Assembly (NCBI GenBank): GCA_963716745.1
Contig: OY970320.1
Location: forward strand, 1,472,001-1,536,000
Source: an uncultured Gemmatimonadaceae bacterium
GTDB taxonomy: Bacteria; Gemmatimonadota; Gemmatimonadetes; Gemmatimonadales; Gemmatimonadaceae
DNA: 64,000 bases
Reading direction: 5' to 3'
Shown piece by piece: positions 39,379-49,258 of the stretch (the stretch's first letter is position 1; every line of letters starts with the position of its first letter). Under the pieces are notes generated by a model. That model searched no databases, had not been told where the DNA came from, and saw only the letters and a list, made by a program, of their open reading frames with translations. The position numbers and the translations under genes are program-made.

Positions 39379-41148
39379 ATGCGCATCCTTACCCGCTACG
39401 TCCTCAAAGAGCACTTCGGGCCGCTCGTGTTCGCGCTGTCGGCGCTCACGACACTGCTCTTGCTCAACCAGGTGGCCAAGCAGTTCGGCAATCTGGTGGG
39501 CAAGGGGTTGTCGTGGGGCGTGATCGGCGAATTCTTCCTGCTCACGCTGCCGTTCATCGTCGCGATGACGCTGCCGATGGCCGTGCTGGTGGCGGTGTTG
39601 TACGCGTTCAGCCGGCTCTCGGGGGAGAACGAGGTGACGGCGATGCGCGCGAGCGGCGTGTCGATGATCAGCTTCGTGCGGCCGGTGCTATTCGCGGGCA
39701 TCATCCTCGCGCTCGCGAACCTGCTGTTCAACGATCAGGTGCTGCCGCGCGCGAACCATCGGCTGCGGTCGCTGCAAACGGACATCGCGCGCAAGAAGCC
39801 GACCTTCGCGCTGCGCCCGCAGGTGATCAACGAGGTGATGCCCGGGCGGCTCTTCCTGCGCGCCGGCCGCCTGGACGAGGCCTCGAACGGGATGAACGAG
39901 GTCACGATCTTCAATTTCGACGACCCCACGCGCCGCAAGACGATCTACGCCGACAGTGGCTCCATGGGGCTCACGCCCGATCAGCGCGATCTCGTGCTCA
40001 CGCTGCACGACGGCTACATGCAGCAGATCCCGCAGCTCAACATGGGCGAATTGCAGCGCCTCTATTTCAAGACCGATCTCGTGCGCGTGCGGAATGTCGG
40101 CAACAAGTTCGAGGAGACATCCAAGGACACGTACAAGTCCGAGCGCGAGATGTCGGTGTGCGAGATGGATTCGATGTACCAGCGGGCGCGCAACGAAGAG
40201 GCCGTCGCGCGGTCCGAGGTCGCGGGCACGATGCTCTCTGCCGTGCATTTCGCGTCCACCGGTGAGAATGCACCGACGGTCGCGACACCTCCGCCGTTCA
40301 CTCTGCACACGCTCGGCTCGCTGTATTGCCGGCTGGTGAAGCGCATCTCGCCGGCTCCGGACACGAGCGAAGCATCGGAGCCGCCGCCCCCAACGCCACC
40401 GCCGGTGGCGCCCGCCATCGCCGGCGCGCCCCCGCCCGCGCCGCCGCCGAGTCTCGCGGCGACGCCGATACCTCCAGGCTCGCGGCGCGCGGCGGATGTT
40501 CTCAGGTCGCCGACAGGTCCGCACCCGCCGGCACCGGCGGTGCGGCGAATGCCGCCGTCCGCGAACGGACCGATCCGCCCGTTCGATCAGCCCGCGACCA
40601 TGACGGCGCGCGCGGGCGCGCGCCCGCAGCCGGGGCAGATCGTCGTGCTGGATCCGCAGGGGCCCTCGGCGATGGGAGCCTTCGGATCGCAGCACTTCGT
40701 GCAGACGCTCGCGCGGTTGCAGATCGCGAAGGCACGCGTGAGCGATGCGCAGACCACGGGCAGCCGCTACGCCGTGGAGATCCAAAAGAAGTTCGCGCTC
40801 GCGGCCGCGTGCGCCGTGTTCGTGTTGTTCGGGGCGCCGGTGGGACTGCGTTTCCCGCGCGGCGGCATCGGCATGGTGCTCGGCATCAGCATCGTGGTGT
40901 TCGCGATGTACTACATCGGACTCGTGGCCGGCGAGGCCACCGCGAATCGACTCAAGCTGACGCCGTTCTGGGGGATGTGGATGGCCAACGTCGTATTCAC
41001 CGCCGCAGGCGTGTACTTCATGTACAAGGTGCAGCGCTCCGGTTCAACAGCGCGCGGCGGCGACTTCAGCGAGCTGCTCGAGACCGCGCGCAACTGGCTC
41101 GCCGCCCGGCGGCCAGGCGCCCGCGCCGCCGCCGCGCCCGCGCCGTGA
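39379..41148 (+). CDS. lptF: LptF/LptG-family permease with a long Pro-rich insertion
   Basis: 'MRILTRY', 'LPMAVL', 'RLSGENEVTAMRASGVS', 'VEIQKKFAL..AC..F...G.P.G'. Confidence 0.85.
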   Translation: MRILTRYVLKEHFGPLVFALSALTTLLLLNQVAKQFGNLVGKGLSWGVIGEFFLLTLPFIVAMTLPMAVLVAVLYAFSRLSGENEVTAMRASGVSMISFVRPVLFAGIILALANLLFNDQVLPRANHRLRSLQTDIARKKPTFALRPQVINEVMPGRLFLRAGRLDEASNGMNEVTIFNFDDPTRRKTIYADSGSMGLTPDQRDLVLTLHDGYMQQIPQLNMGELQRLYFKTDLVRVRNVGNKFEETSKDTYKSEREMSVCEMDSMYQRARNEEAVARSEVAGTMLSAVHFASTGENAPTVATPPPFTLHTLGSLYCRLVKRISPAPDTSEASEPPPPTPPPVAPAIAGAPPPAPPPSLAATPIPPGSRRAADVLRSPTGPHPPAPAVRRMPPSANGPIRPFDQPATMTARAGARPQPGQIVVLDPQGPSAMGAFGSQHFVQTLARLQIAKARVSDAQTTGSRYAVEIQKKFALAAACAVFVLFGAPVGLRFPRGGIGMVLGISIVVFAMYYIGLVAGEATANRLKLTPFWGMWMANVVFTAAGVYFMYKVQRSGSTARGGDFSELLETARNWLAARRPGARAAAAPAP

Positions 41149-42239
41149 AGCTCCTTTCGCGCATCCGCCCGCTCGATCGCTACGTCATGAGCGAGTTCTG
41201 GAAGATCTTCATCCGGCTCGCGCTCGGCTTCCCGCTCCTCGTGATCATCATCGATCTCGTGGACCACATGGAGAAGTACCTGAACCGCCATCTAACGCTC
41301 AAACAGATCGCGCTCAGCTACATCTATTGGATCCCCGATTCGATGTTCCTCGTGCTGCCGGTGGCGGTGCTGTTCGGCACCGTGTTCTCGATCGGCGGCT
41401 TCACGCGGCATTGGGAGATCTCCGCCGCCAAGGCGAACGGGATCAGCTTCCATCGGATGGTGGCGCCCATCTTCGTCGCGGCCCTGGGCGTGATGGCGCT
41501 CGCGTTCGGCCTCGGCGAGCTCGTGCCGGTCACCAACGCCAAGCGCGATGAGATCCTGGAGGAGCACAAGTACCGGCCCGGCCAGAACCGGTTCAACTTC
41601 GCGTACGCCGCCACCGAAGGCCGCGTGTACAAGATCGGCAATCTCACCATCGAGCAGAATCAGATCGACGTGCTGGAGATCGAACGGAAAGGCGTGAGCA
41701 TGGACTATCCCACCATTCTGATCGCCGCGCAGGCCGCGAAATGGGATACCACGGCGAAGCGCTGGACGATGATCAACGGTACGATGCACATCGTGCCCGA
41801 CTCGTCGCGCGACCTCGCGCTCGCGTTCGACAGCCTCCGCGACGCGAAGTTCAAGGAGCCGCCGGTGGAGCTCACGTCGCTTCCGCGCAGCCCCGACGAA
41901 ATGCGGTTCGGCGAACTGAACCGCTTCATACATTCGCTCGAACGTTCCGGCGCGAACGTGAACGAACTGAAGGTGGAGTTGTCGCTCAAGCTCGCGCTGC
42001 CGGTCACGTGCCTCATCATCGCGCTCTTCGGCGCGCCGCTCGCCACGAGCACACAGCGCGGCGGCTTCGCGATGGGCATCGGCATCAGTCTCGCGACCAC
42101 CATCGTGTTCCTGATCCTCATCCAGATCATGAAAGCGGTGGGCGAAGGCGGTGTCGTGCCGCCGTATCTCGCGGCGTGGCTGCCGAGCTTGCTCTTCGGC
42201 GTCGTGGGCGTGGTGCTGCTCACCAAGGTGCGCACGTGA
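41145..42239 (+). CDS. lptG: LptF/LptG-family permease
   Basis: 'LDRY', 'EISAAKANGISFHR', 'KLALP.TC.I..L.GAPL', 'LAAWLP'. Confidence 0.85.
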   Translation: MKLLSRIRPLDRYVMSEFWKIFIRLALGFPLLVIIIDLVDHMEKYLNRHLTLKQIALSYIYWIPDSMFLVLPVAVLFGTVFSIGGFTRHWEISAAKANGISFHRMVAPIFVAALGVMALAFGLGELVPVTNAKRDEILEEHKYRPGQNRFNFAYAATEGRVYKIGNLTIEQNQIDVLEIERKGVSMDYPTILIAAQAAKWDTTAKRWTMINGTMHIVPDSSRDLALAFDSLRDAKFKEPPVELTSLPRSPDEMRFGELNRFIHSLERSGANVNELKVELSLKLALPVTCLIIALFGAPLATSTQRGGFAMGIGISLATTIVFLILIQIMKAVGEGGVVPPYLAAWLPSLLFGVVGVVLLTKVRT

Positions 42240-43081
42240 CGGGCCGCACGATGCAGCGCCCCACCGCCAGCTTCCCGATGCACCAGCGCGCCGCGATCGT
42301 GTTCTTCCGCCAGATGTCGCACTGGGCGGCGGGGCTGTTCGGCGAGATCGGCAGCCGCGTGCTGTTCGCCGTGGAGATGATGCGCGGACTGGTCACGGAG
42401 CCCGGCACGTGGCTCCCGCTCACCGCCAAGCAGATGCGCAACGTGGGCGTGGACTCCATGCCGCTCGCGGGCACAGTGGCGGCGTTCATCGGCGCGGTGA
42501 CCGGATATCAGACCGTGTACCAGCTCTTCCCCGGCGCGCAGCTCTCGGCGGTGGGGTGGATCCTGCGGCAATCGATCGTGCTCGAACTGGGGCCGCTGAT
42601 CACGGCGCTCGTGCTCGCGGGCCGCGTGGGCGCGCGCATGACCGCCGAGATCGGCACCATGCGCGTGACCGAGCAGATCAATGCGCTCGAGACGCTCGCG
42701 TACGATCCGGTGGCGTACCTCGTGGTGCCACGGTTCATCGCCGGGGTCACGATGGTGCCGCTCGTGACCATTCTCGCCATCAGTACGGGCATCGCGGCGG
42801 GCGGCGCGATGGTGATCGCGTTCACGAACGTCACGCTGCATGATTTCACCACCGGGCTGCATCTCACGTTCATCCCGTTCCAGGTATACTATGCGCTCAT
42901 CAAGGCGACGCTCTTCGGCGGTGCGATCGCGCTGATCGGATCGTACGAGGGTTACACGGCCGAGGCGGGCGCCGAGGGCGTGGGAAGCTCCACGGCCCGC
43001 ACCGTGGTCATCAGTTCCGTGATCATCCTGTTCCTCGACGCGCTCACCGCCCTCTACCTCGCGCCACTCTTGAAGCCATGA
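42236..43081 (+). CDS. mlaE: MlaE-family ABC transporter permease
   Basis: 'ELGPLITAL.LAGRVG..MTAEIGTMRVTEQI.ALE', 'GAEGVG..T..TVV'. Confidence 0.92.
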   Translation: MTGRTMQRPTASFPMHQRAAIVFFRQMSHWAAGLFGEIGSRVLFAVEMMRGLVTEPGTWLPLTAKQMRNVGVDSMPLAGTVAAFIGAVTGYQTVYQLFPGAQLSAVGWILRQSIVLELGPLITALVLAGRVGARMTAEIGTMRVTEQINALETLAYDPVAYLVVPRFIAGVTMVPLVTILAISTGIAAGGAMVIAFTNVTLHDFTTGLHLTFIPFQVYYALIKATLFGGAIALIGSYEGYTAEAGAEGVGSSTARTVVISSVIILFLDALTALYLAPLLKP

Positions 43082-44052
43082 AACGCAAGGATGAAGTCAT
43101 CGTCGGCATCTTCGTCACCATCGCGGTGGTGGTGGGGATCGTCGGCACGCTCTACCTCGCGCGGCGCGGCTGGACGAAGTCGTATGCGATGTTCGCGCGC
43201 TTCGACTGGGGTCAGCAGCTCAAGGTGGGGCAGCCGGTGTATCTCGCCGGCGTGCAGATCGGCTTCGTGAAGGACGTGGACCTCGATCCGGCGGGCTATC
43301 TGGACGTGCAGATGGCGATCGACCGCGGCCGGAGAGTGCCCGAGGGGAGCACCGTGGCCGTGATCTCCGAGGGGATCTTCGGCGACAAGTCGGTCGCGAT
43401 CACGCCGTGCCGCCGCGCGGAGGCGCCGGTGGGTGGCGCGGAGCCTCAGCCGGGCGCGAAGCCGGCGCCGCCGCCGGCGGGGCCTGCGGCGGGGAATCAG
43501 CTGTGCCGGCCGGGCGCCTTCCTCGCGGCGAACGACACGATCCCCTCGGGGCGTGGTGCGCCGTCGATGGACGAGATCCTTTCCAAGATGGACACGGTCG
43601 CGGGGTCGCTGAGCGATGTCGCGCGTACCGCGCGCATCGAACTCGTCACGAACGGCGGAATCGCAGAGCTGCGGAAGACGATCGAATCCACCAATGCGCT
43701 CGTGACCAATCTCAACGAGGTGGCATCGACTCAGTCGAAAGCGCTCACGGCCACGATGGCTTCGTTGCGCCGCACGCTCAATGCCATCGACTCGGCAGAG
43801 GTGGACTCGACGATGCGCAGCCTGTCGGTGGCGTCGAAGAATCTCGTCTCGCTCACGCGGAATCTGGACTCTTCCAGCGCTCGCGTGAATTCCCTGCTCG
43901 CGAAGGCCGACAGCGGGAAGGGCACGCTCGGCTTGATGCTGAACGATCCCGGCGTGTACAACAACCTGCGCGCCTTGTTGGCGCGGATCGATTCGCTCAC
44001 CGCGGATATCAAAGCGAATCCGAAGAAATATCTCAACGTGAAGGTGTTCTAG
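43078..44052 (+). CDS. mlaD: MlaD/MCE-family protein
   Basis: N-terminal TM; 'LKVGQPV.LAGVQIG.V', 'GIFGDK'; helical tail 'GKGTLG..LND..VY', 'DIK.NP.KY'. Confidence 0.9.
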   Translation: MKRKDEVIVGIFVTIAVVVGIVGTLYLARRGWTKSYAMFARFDWGQQLKVGQPVYLAGVQIGFVKDVDLDPAGYLDVQMAIDRGRRVPEGSTVAVISEGIFGDKSVAITPCRRAEAPVGGAEPQPGAKPAPPPAGPAAGNQLCRPGAFLAANDTIPSGRGAPSMDEILSKMDTVAGSLSDVARTARIELVTNGGIAELRKTIESTNALVTNLNEVASTQSKALTATMASLRRTLNAIDSAEVDSTMRSLSVASKNLVSLTRNLDSSSARVNSLLAKADSGKGTLGLMLNDPGVYNNLRALLARIDSLTADIKANPKKYLNVKVF

Positions 44053-44069
44053 AAACAGCTTGAACGTGA

Positions 44070-44159
44070 CGCGTATGGCGTATGGATACTGCTGAACGGG
44101 GGCGCCGCATTCGCGGCGCCCCCGTTCAGCGTTAGTACCATACGCCAACGCCATACGCG
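44070..44159. terminator. Bidirectional hairpin between convergent mlaD and TonB-receptor genes, with heptamer-repeat outer arms
   Basis: 18-bp perfect stem 44091-44108/44113-44130; flanked by GCGTATG x2 and CATACGC x2. Confidence 0.72.
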
Positions 44160-44169
44160 CCCCTGCATG

Positions 44170-47100
44170 TTACCAGTCGAACCTCGCCGAGAACTGCAGC
44201 TGGTAGTACGAGTACACCGCATTCACGGTGGGGAACTGGATCATCGTCGGCTGGTACTGCACGATCGGGATCCCCGACTGCGGGTTCGCGCGGTTGATCG
44301 CCGCCGACTGGCCCGTCACGTTCAGGAGGGAGACGTCGGTGAAGGAGCTGCCGCCCGCCTGACGTACGAGGCCCCACGAGCCGTTGAGCATGTTCGGCAG
44401 ATTGAAGATGTCCAGGCGGAGCTGCACGTTGTGGCCGGCTGATGCGCGGGAGGTTCTGGATGATCGTTGCGTCCATTTGGTTGACCCAGGGATTCCGGCA
44501 CGCATCGCGCGGCAGGATCTCGCCCTGGTGGTCGCGCAAGCAGGGCGTGCTCTGGATCAGGTTATTCAGCGCGAGTTGCTGCGTGTTCACTGGCACCGCG
44601 GCGTGACTGCCGCTCGCCGGGATCGGTGAGAATTGCACCTGCGTGGGATCGAACACGTTCGTCGGCACGTAGATCAGGTCGTTCTGGTTGCCGTCGCCGT
44701 TCACGTCGCCGCGGCTTCCCGATCCGCCGTAGACGTAGTCGAACGTGGAGCCGGAGTAGCCCGAGTAGATGAGCGAGAAGTCCGTCCTCCAATTCTTCCA
44801 CGGGAATGTGTACGTGCCGGAGATCAGCAGCTTGTTCGGCTGGTCATACGCCGACGGCGTCAGGTTCTGCGCCAGAATATTGCCGCCTTCCTCGCGGCCG
44901 AACTGCCAGTTGGAGATCGCGCGGCTGGAATTGAGTGACGCCACGTCGTACGAGTGCGAGAACGTGTACGCCGCGCGCATGTCGAGCGAGCTGAACACGC
45001 GCTTGTGCAGCTCGACTGTCAGGTCGTACGCGTAATCCTTCGACTGGTTCACGATGTCGATCACTTCCGAGTACCGGTGCGAAGCATCGTACACGAACGT
45101 GGTGGGCACGCCCGAGGCGGCGATGTTGCCGTACATGTAGCGGCCGTTCCGGCCGATGTATGTCGAGTCGTAGTTGATGTTGCGGTTGACGTAGAAGAAG
45201 TTGTTCAGCCCGCGCGTATACAGTCCCTCGAGCGTCAGGAAGAAATCGCCCGGCAGACGCGTGTCGTACGCGAGATTCGCGCGGAAGACCTCGGGATACT
45301 TGAGGTTGTTGTCCATGATGTCCACCGGACCCACGACGCCGCCCGCAATGCCGGCGCCGTTCGGACACGTCTGCGGCGGCGACGCCACGGATCCCGCGTT
45401 GAATACCGGCGTGATCGGACCCGGATCGGTCGCTGCGGCCGCACATCAGGAACCCCAGGCCGCTGCCCGAGTTCTGCCAGGAATTCGCCACCCACACCAT
45501 TGCCGGCCGGCCGACGAACACACCGGCGCCGCCGCGGATCTGGTTCTTCTTCTCGCCATCGAGGTCCCAGTTGAAGCCGACGCGCGGCTCCCACTGGATG
45601 TTGCCGCTCGGCACCTGCGATGTGTTCGCCTGGCGGCCCATCGATTGGAAGAGGCCGCCGAAGATGGAATCGAAAGACGCCGTATACGGCGGCGAATTCG
45701 TGATCACCGGCACGTCAATGCGGAGGCCGAAGACCATGTTGAAATTCGGATTCGGCGTCCAGTTATTCTCGACATACGCGCCGTATGTGACGCCTTGCGG
45801 CTGGGCGACGATCGCGGGCGGATTGGTGAGCGGGAGAGAGACACGATAACGATTGGCGTTCCCCGCCTCGAGCGAATCGAGCGAGTTGAACGTCCACACG
45901 CCGTACGAACTCTCGGTGAACAGATTGGTGAACTGCCACAACTCCGCCGACACGCCGGCCGTCACGCGATTGTTGTCGCCGACGAAGAAGGAGTAGTTGT
46001 CCTTCAACTGCAGCATCTTCTGCTGCAGCGAATTGCCCTGTGAGAATTGCTCTGCGCCGCCGAGTTCACTGATCGTGGCGCTCTGGAGTCCGGGCACCGT
46101 CACATTGATCGTGGGGAACTGGCCGGCAATGGGCAGCCGCAGGTCCGAGATCGTCTGATAGGCGGCGATGAACTCGTTGCTCGATCCGCTCTGCATGGTG
46201 GAGTTGAGCTGCAACACCAAGCTGTTGTTGTTGTTGTTGATCGTGTAGAGTTGCGACGTCAGCGGGAACGTGGACGTGCGGCTGAATACGTCGATGCTGC
46301 CCCCGGCATAGTTGTCCCGCAGCGTGAGCGTGCTGTTGATCTCCGGGAGTGCGAGGTCCAAGCGTCCGAACGCGTTCGTGAGAGGATTCGCGTTGTTCGT
46401 CGCGCCGCCGGTGCCGGCCGGGATCCCCAGCGCCGTGAGATCGTTGATGAACCGCTGCGTGGTTGCCGAGTCCACCGTGAGCGGAGATGCGGCGCCCGGT
46501 GCCTGCCCGATATACGGGCCCGTGCTCGGCTGCGCGCGGAGCTGCCACTCGCCGTTCGCGAAGAACTGCAGCCGGTCCTTGATGATCGGGCCGGACACCG
46601 ACGCACCGTACTGCTCGACGTACAGGCCCGAATTCTGGATGAACGGCACATTCGCCGCGTAGTTCTGGTTACGGAAATAATAGAAGATGTCGCCGTCGAA
46701 TTCGTTCGTGCCGCTCTTGGTCACGGCATTCACGAGCGCGCCGTTGAAGCCCGAGAAATTCAGGTCGTACGGCGACAGCAGCACCTGATACTCCTTCACC
46801 GCGTCCAGCGAGATCGATTTCCCATTGGACTGGCCGCCCGGCTGACCGGTGCTGCCGAGGCCGAACATGTCGTTGCTGTTCGCGCCGTCGATCTGGATGT
46901 TGTTATAGCGGTTGTTCACGCCGCCCGCCGACGTCGAGCCGTTCGGCTGCGTGGCCACCTGCGGCACCGTGCTCATGAAGTCGGTGAAGTTGCGGTTCAG
47001 CGTCGGCGCACGCTTGAGGATGCTGTCATCCACGAGCGAGCCGGTGCCCTTCCGGTTCGGGTTGATCACCGGCGAGAGCTGGTTCCCCGCCTCGACCGTG

Positions 47101-47477
47101 ATCGCCGCGAGCGTGGCGGCCTGCGGAATGAGCTGGAAGTCCAGCACGGCGCGCTGGCTCAGCGAGAGACGCGCGATCTTATCCGACTTCGGCCGGAACC
47201 CGATGCGCCGCACCGTGACGGTGTACGGTTCGCCCACCTGGAGGCCGGACACGAAGTAGAGACCCGACGGCCGCGTCTGCACGGTCACCGACGCGCCGCT
47301 CGCGCCGCTCACGATCTGCACCTGCGCCGCTTCGACCGGCTCCTTCGTCGTGGAATCGGTCACGGTCCCTGAGATCGCCGCGGTCGTCGTCCCCTGGGCC
47401 GCGATGCGCGAAGGAACTGCGACAGCCGCCGTCACCGCCACTACGGCGAGAGCGCGCAGCCAACGAATTGTGATCAT
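44170..47477 (-). CDS. TonB-dependent receptor (Oar-like, carboxypeptidase-regulatory N-domain); frameshifts near 45431 and 44437
   Basis: Signal 'IAA-Q'; 'YNNIQIDG', 'NAVTKSGTNEF.G', 'PRVGFNWD', 'RNPW', 'LDIFN..N.LN..WG', C-terminal 'QFSARFDW'; three frame segments join after removing one base at each site. Confidence 0.9.
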
Positions 47478-47599
47478 GAGAGGACCTCTCCCTGGGTGAT
47501 GACAGGTGGGGCGAACGAGCGGGCCGGCGGTATACGCCGCCGCCGGGGGCGACGGGGCAAAACTATCTCGCCCACGGCTCGGGCGTCAAGAAACCAATA

Positions 47600-48955
47600 T
47601 CACCCTTCGGTAACGCTGTGCCCCTTCCCCACGGTAGCGTGATAGACCGGGATGCCTGCGACCACGGCGGCGAGCACACCGACAGTCGCCCAGCGGCTGC
47701 TCGCGTCGATGATCGCGTTCGCGAGCAGCGCGATGGTGCTCGCGATGAACAGCAGCGGCACCACCGGATAGCCCGGCACGCGGAAGGGCGGATCGTAGTC
47801 CGCGCGCTTGCGCAGGCGGAAGATCGCGGCGACGCCGAGCGCGAGGAACGGCACGATCGCGATCACGAATGCGTCGGCCAACTGCTCGAACGTGCGCATC
47901 AGCACGAACGCGATGCCGAGGCATGCGGAAAGGATGATAGCCCGGCTCGGCGTGTGGAACCTCGGATGCACGCGCGCGATCGCGCCGAAGAGCAGGCCAT
48001 CGTCGGCCATCGCGAAGAAGATGCGCGGCGCCGTCATGATCGACCCGTTGAGCGTGCCGAAGGTGGAGAGCATCACGGTGACGGACACGAGGATCACTCC
48101 GGCGGGCCCGACGAGCCGCTCCGCGACATCGGCGGCCACGAGCTTCGAGCGCGCGATCTGTCCAACATCGAGCACCGCGAGATAGGCGAGGTTCGCGAGG
48201 AGATAGATGGCGACCACCGCCACCGTGCCGATGATGATCGCGCGCGGCATCACGCGGCGCGGCTCGCGCACTTCGCCTGCGACGAACGTCACGTCCTCCC
48301 AGCCATCGTACGCCCAAAGTACCGAAACGAGCGCGAGGCCGAACAGTCCGATGCTGAAGCTGCCGGGTGGCGTGAGCGGCGTGTAGTGTCCGCCGCCGTT
48401 CGGCAATCCCACCGCGAACGCGAGCATGACGATGAAGAGCAGGCCGCCGTACTTCGCGAGCGTGGTGAGGTTCTGCACGAGCGAACCCCAGCGCAGACCG
48501 ACGTAGTTGAACGTTGCCGTGAGCGCGATCGCGACGGCGGCCACCCAATGGACGTACGTGGAATACGGCGCGACCGACGTGTCGTGCCCCAGCACGCGGA
48601 GGAAATACTCGGCGAACGTCGTGGAGATCGCGCCGTAGCTCGCGGCGCGGATGATCACGAGTTCGGACCAGCCGAACAGGAACGCGGTGCGCCGGCCCCA
48701 CGCCTCGCGCAGGAACACGTAGATGCCGCCCGTCTGCGGGAACGCGCCGGCGATCTCCGCGAGCGTGAGCGCGCCGCAGAGCGCGAACGCGCCGCCGGCG
48801 AACCATACGGCGAGCAGGGGGAGCGGACCGGGCAGTTTGGTCGCAATGCCCGCCGGCGAACGGAAGATCCCGGAGCCGATCGTGGAGCCGATGAGCACCG
48901 CCGTGGCGCTCCACAGACCGAGTTGCCGAGGGAGTTTTCCGGGTGTGTCGCTCAT
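47600..48955 (-). CDS. APC-family amino acid permease
   Basis: 'IGSGIF', 'GGIYVFLREAWG', 'WAYDGW', 'RIFFAMA.DG', 'PFRVPGYP'. Confidence 0.93.
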   Translation of the reverse strand: MSDTPGKLPRQLGLWSATAVLIGSTIGSGIFRSPAGIATKLPGPLPLLAVWFAGGAFALCGALTLAEIAGAFPQTGGIYVFLREAWGRRTAFLFGWSELVIIRAASYGAISTTFAEYFLRVLGHDTSVAPYSTYVHWVAAVAIALTATFNYVGLRWGSLVQNLTTLAKYGGLLFIVMLAFAVGLPNGGGHYTPLTPPGSFSIGLFGLALVSVLWAYDGWEDVTFVAGEVREPRRVMPRAIIIGTVAVVAIYLLANLAYLAVLDVGQIARSKLVAADVAERLVGPAGVILVSVTVMLSTFGTLNGSIMTAPRIFFAMADDGLLFGAIARVHPRFHTPSRAIILSACLGIAFVLMRTFEQLADAFVIAIVPFLALGVAAIFRLRKRADYDPPFRVPGYPVVPLLFIASTIALLANAIIDASSRWATVGVLAAVVAGIPVYHATVGKGHSVTEG

Positions 48956-49012
48956 GCGCGGGAACATACGCGGCGCCGCGCGATGGGGCGAGAGCATCGC
49001 CGTTGACCCACT

Positions 49013-49258
49013 ATGAGCGCCGTGGCACCTTTCGTGCCTATGCGTGATGCCTTTTTCTGGTGCGCGGTCGCGAGCTGTGTCGCGGGTCAGGCGCTCATCC
49101 TGCGCTCGGCGGTGCGCGCGCGCGCCCGCACCGCGAGCGGCGCGACGCCCGTTGGCGTGCCCGCGCCGCGCGCAGTCCCGGAGTTCGCGTGGACCGTGCT
49201 GCCGGCCGTCGGCCTCGCCGCGGTGCTGGTGTTCACGTGGCGCGCGATGCATCCGTGA
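49013..49258 (+). CDS. Small two-TM protein resembling the cytochrome c oxidase subunit II transmembrane hairpin
   Basis: Two hydrophobic helices; 'EFAWTVLP' resembles CoxII 'EIIWTIIP'; stop overlaps the ctaA GTG. Start could be 49040. Confidence 0.65.
   Translation: MSAVAPFVPMRDAFFWCAVASCVAGQALILRSAVRARARTASGATPVGVPAPRAVPEFAWTVLPAVGLAAVLVFTWRAMHP

Noticed and set aside
46222..46240. (GTT)n microsatellite in the TonB receptor gene
   Set aside because: In-frame run of five Asn codons; too short to suggest a contingency locus.
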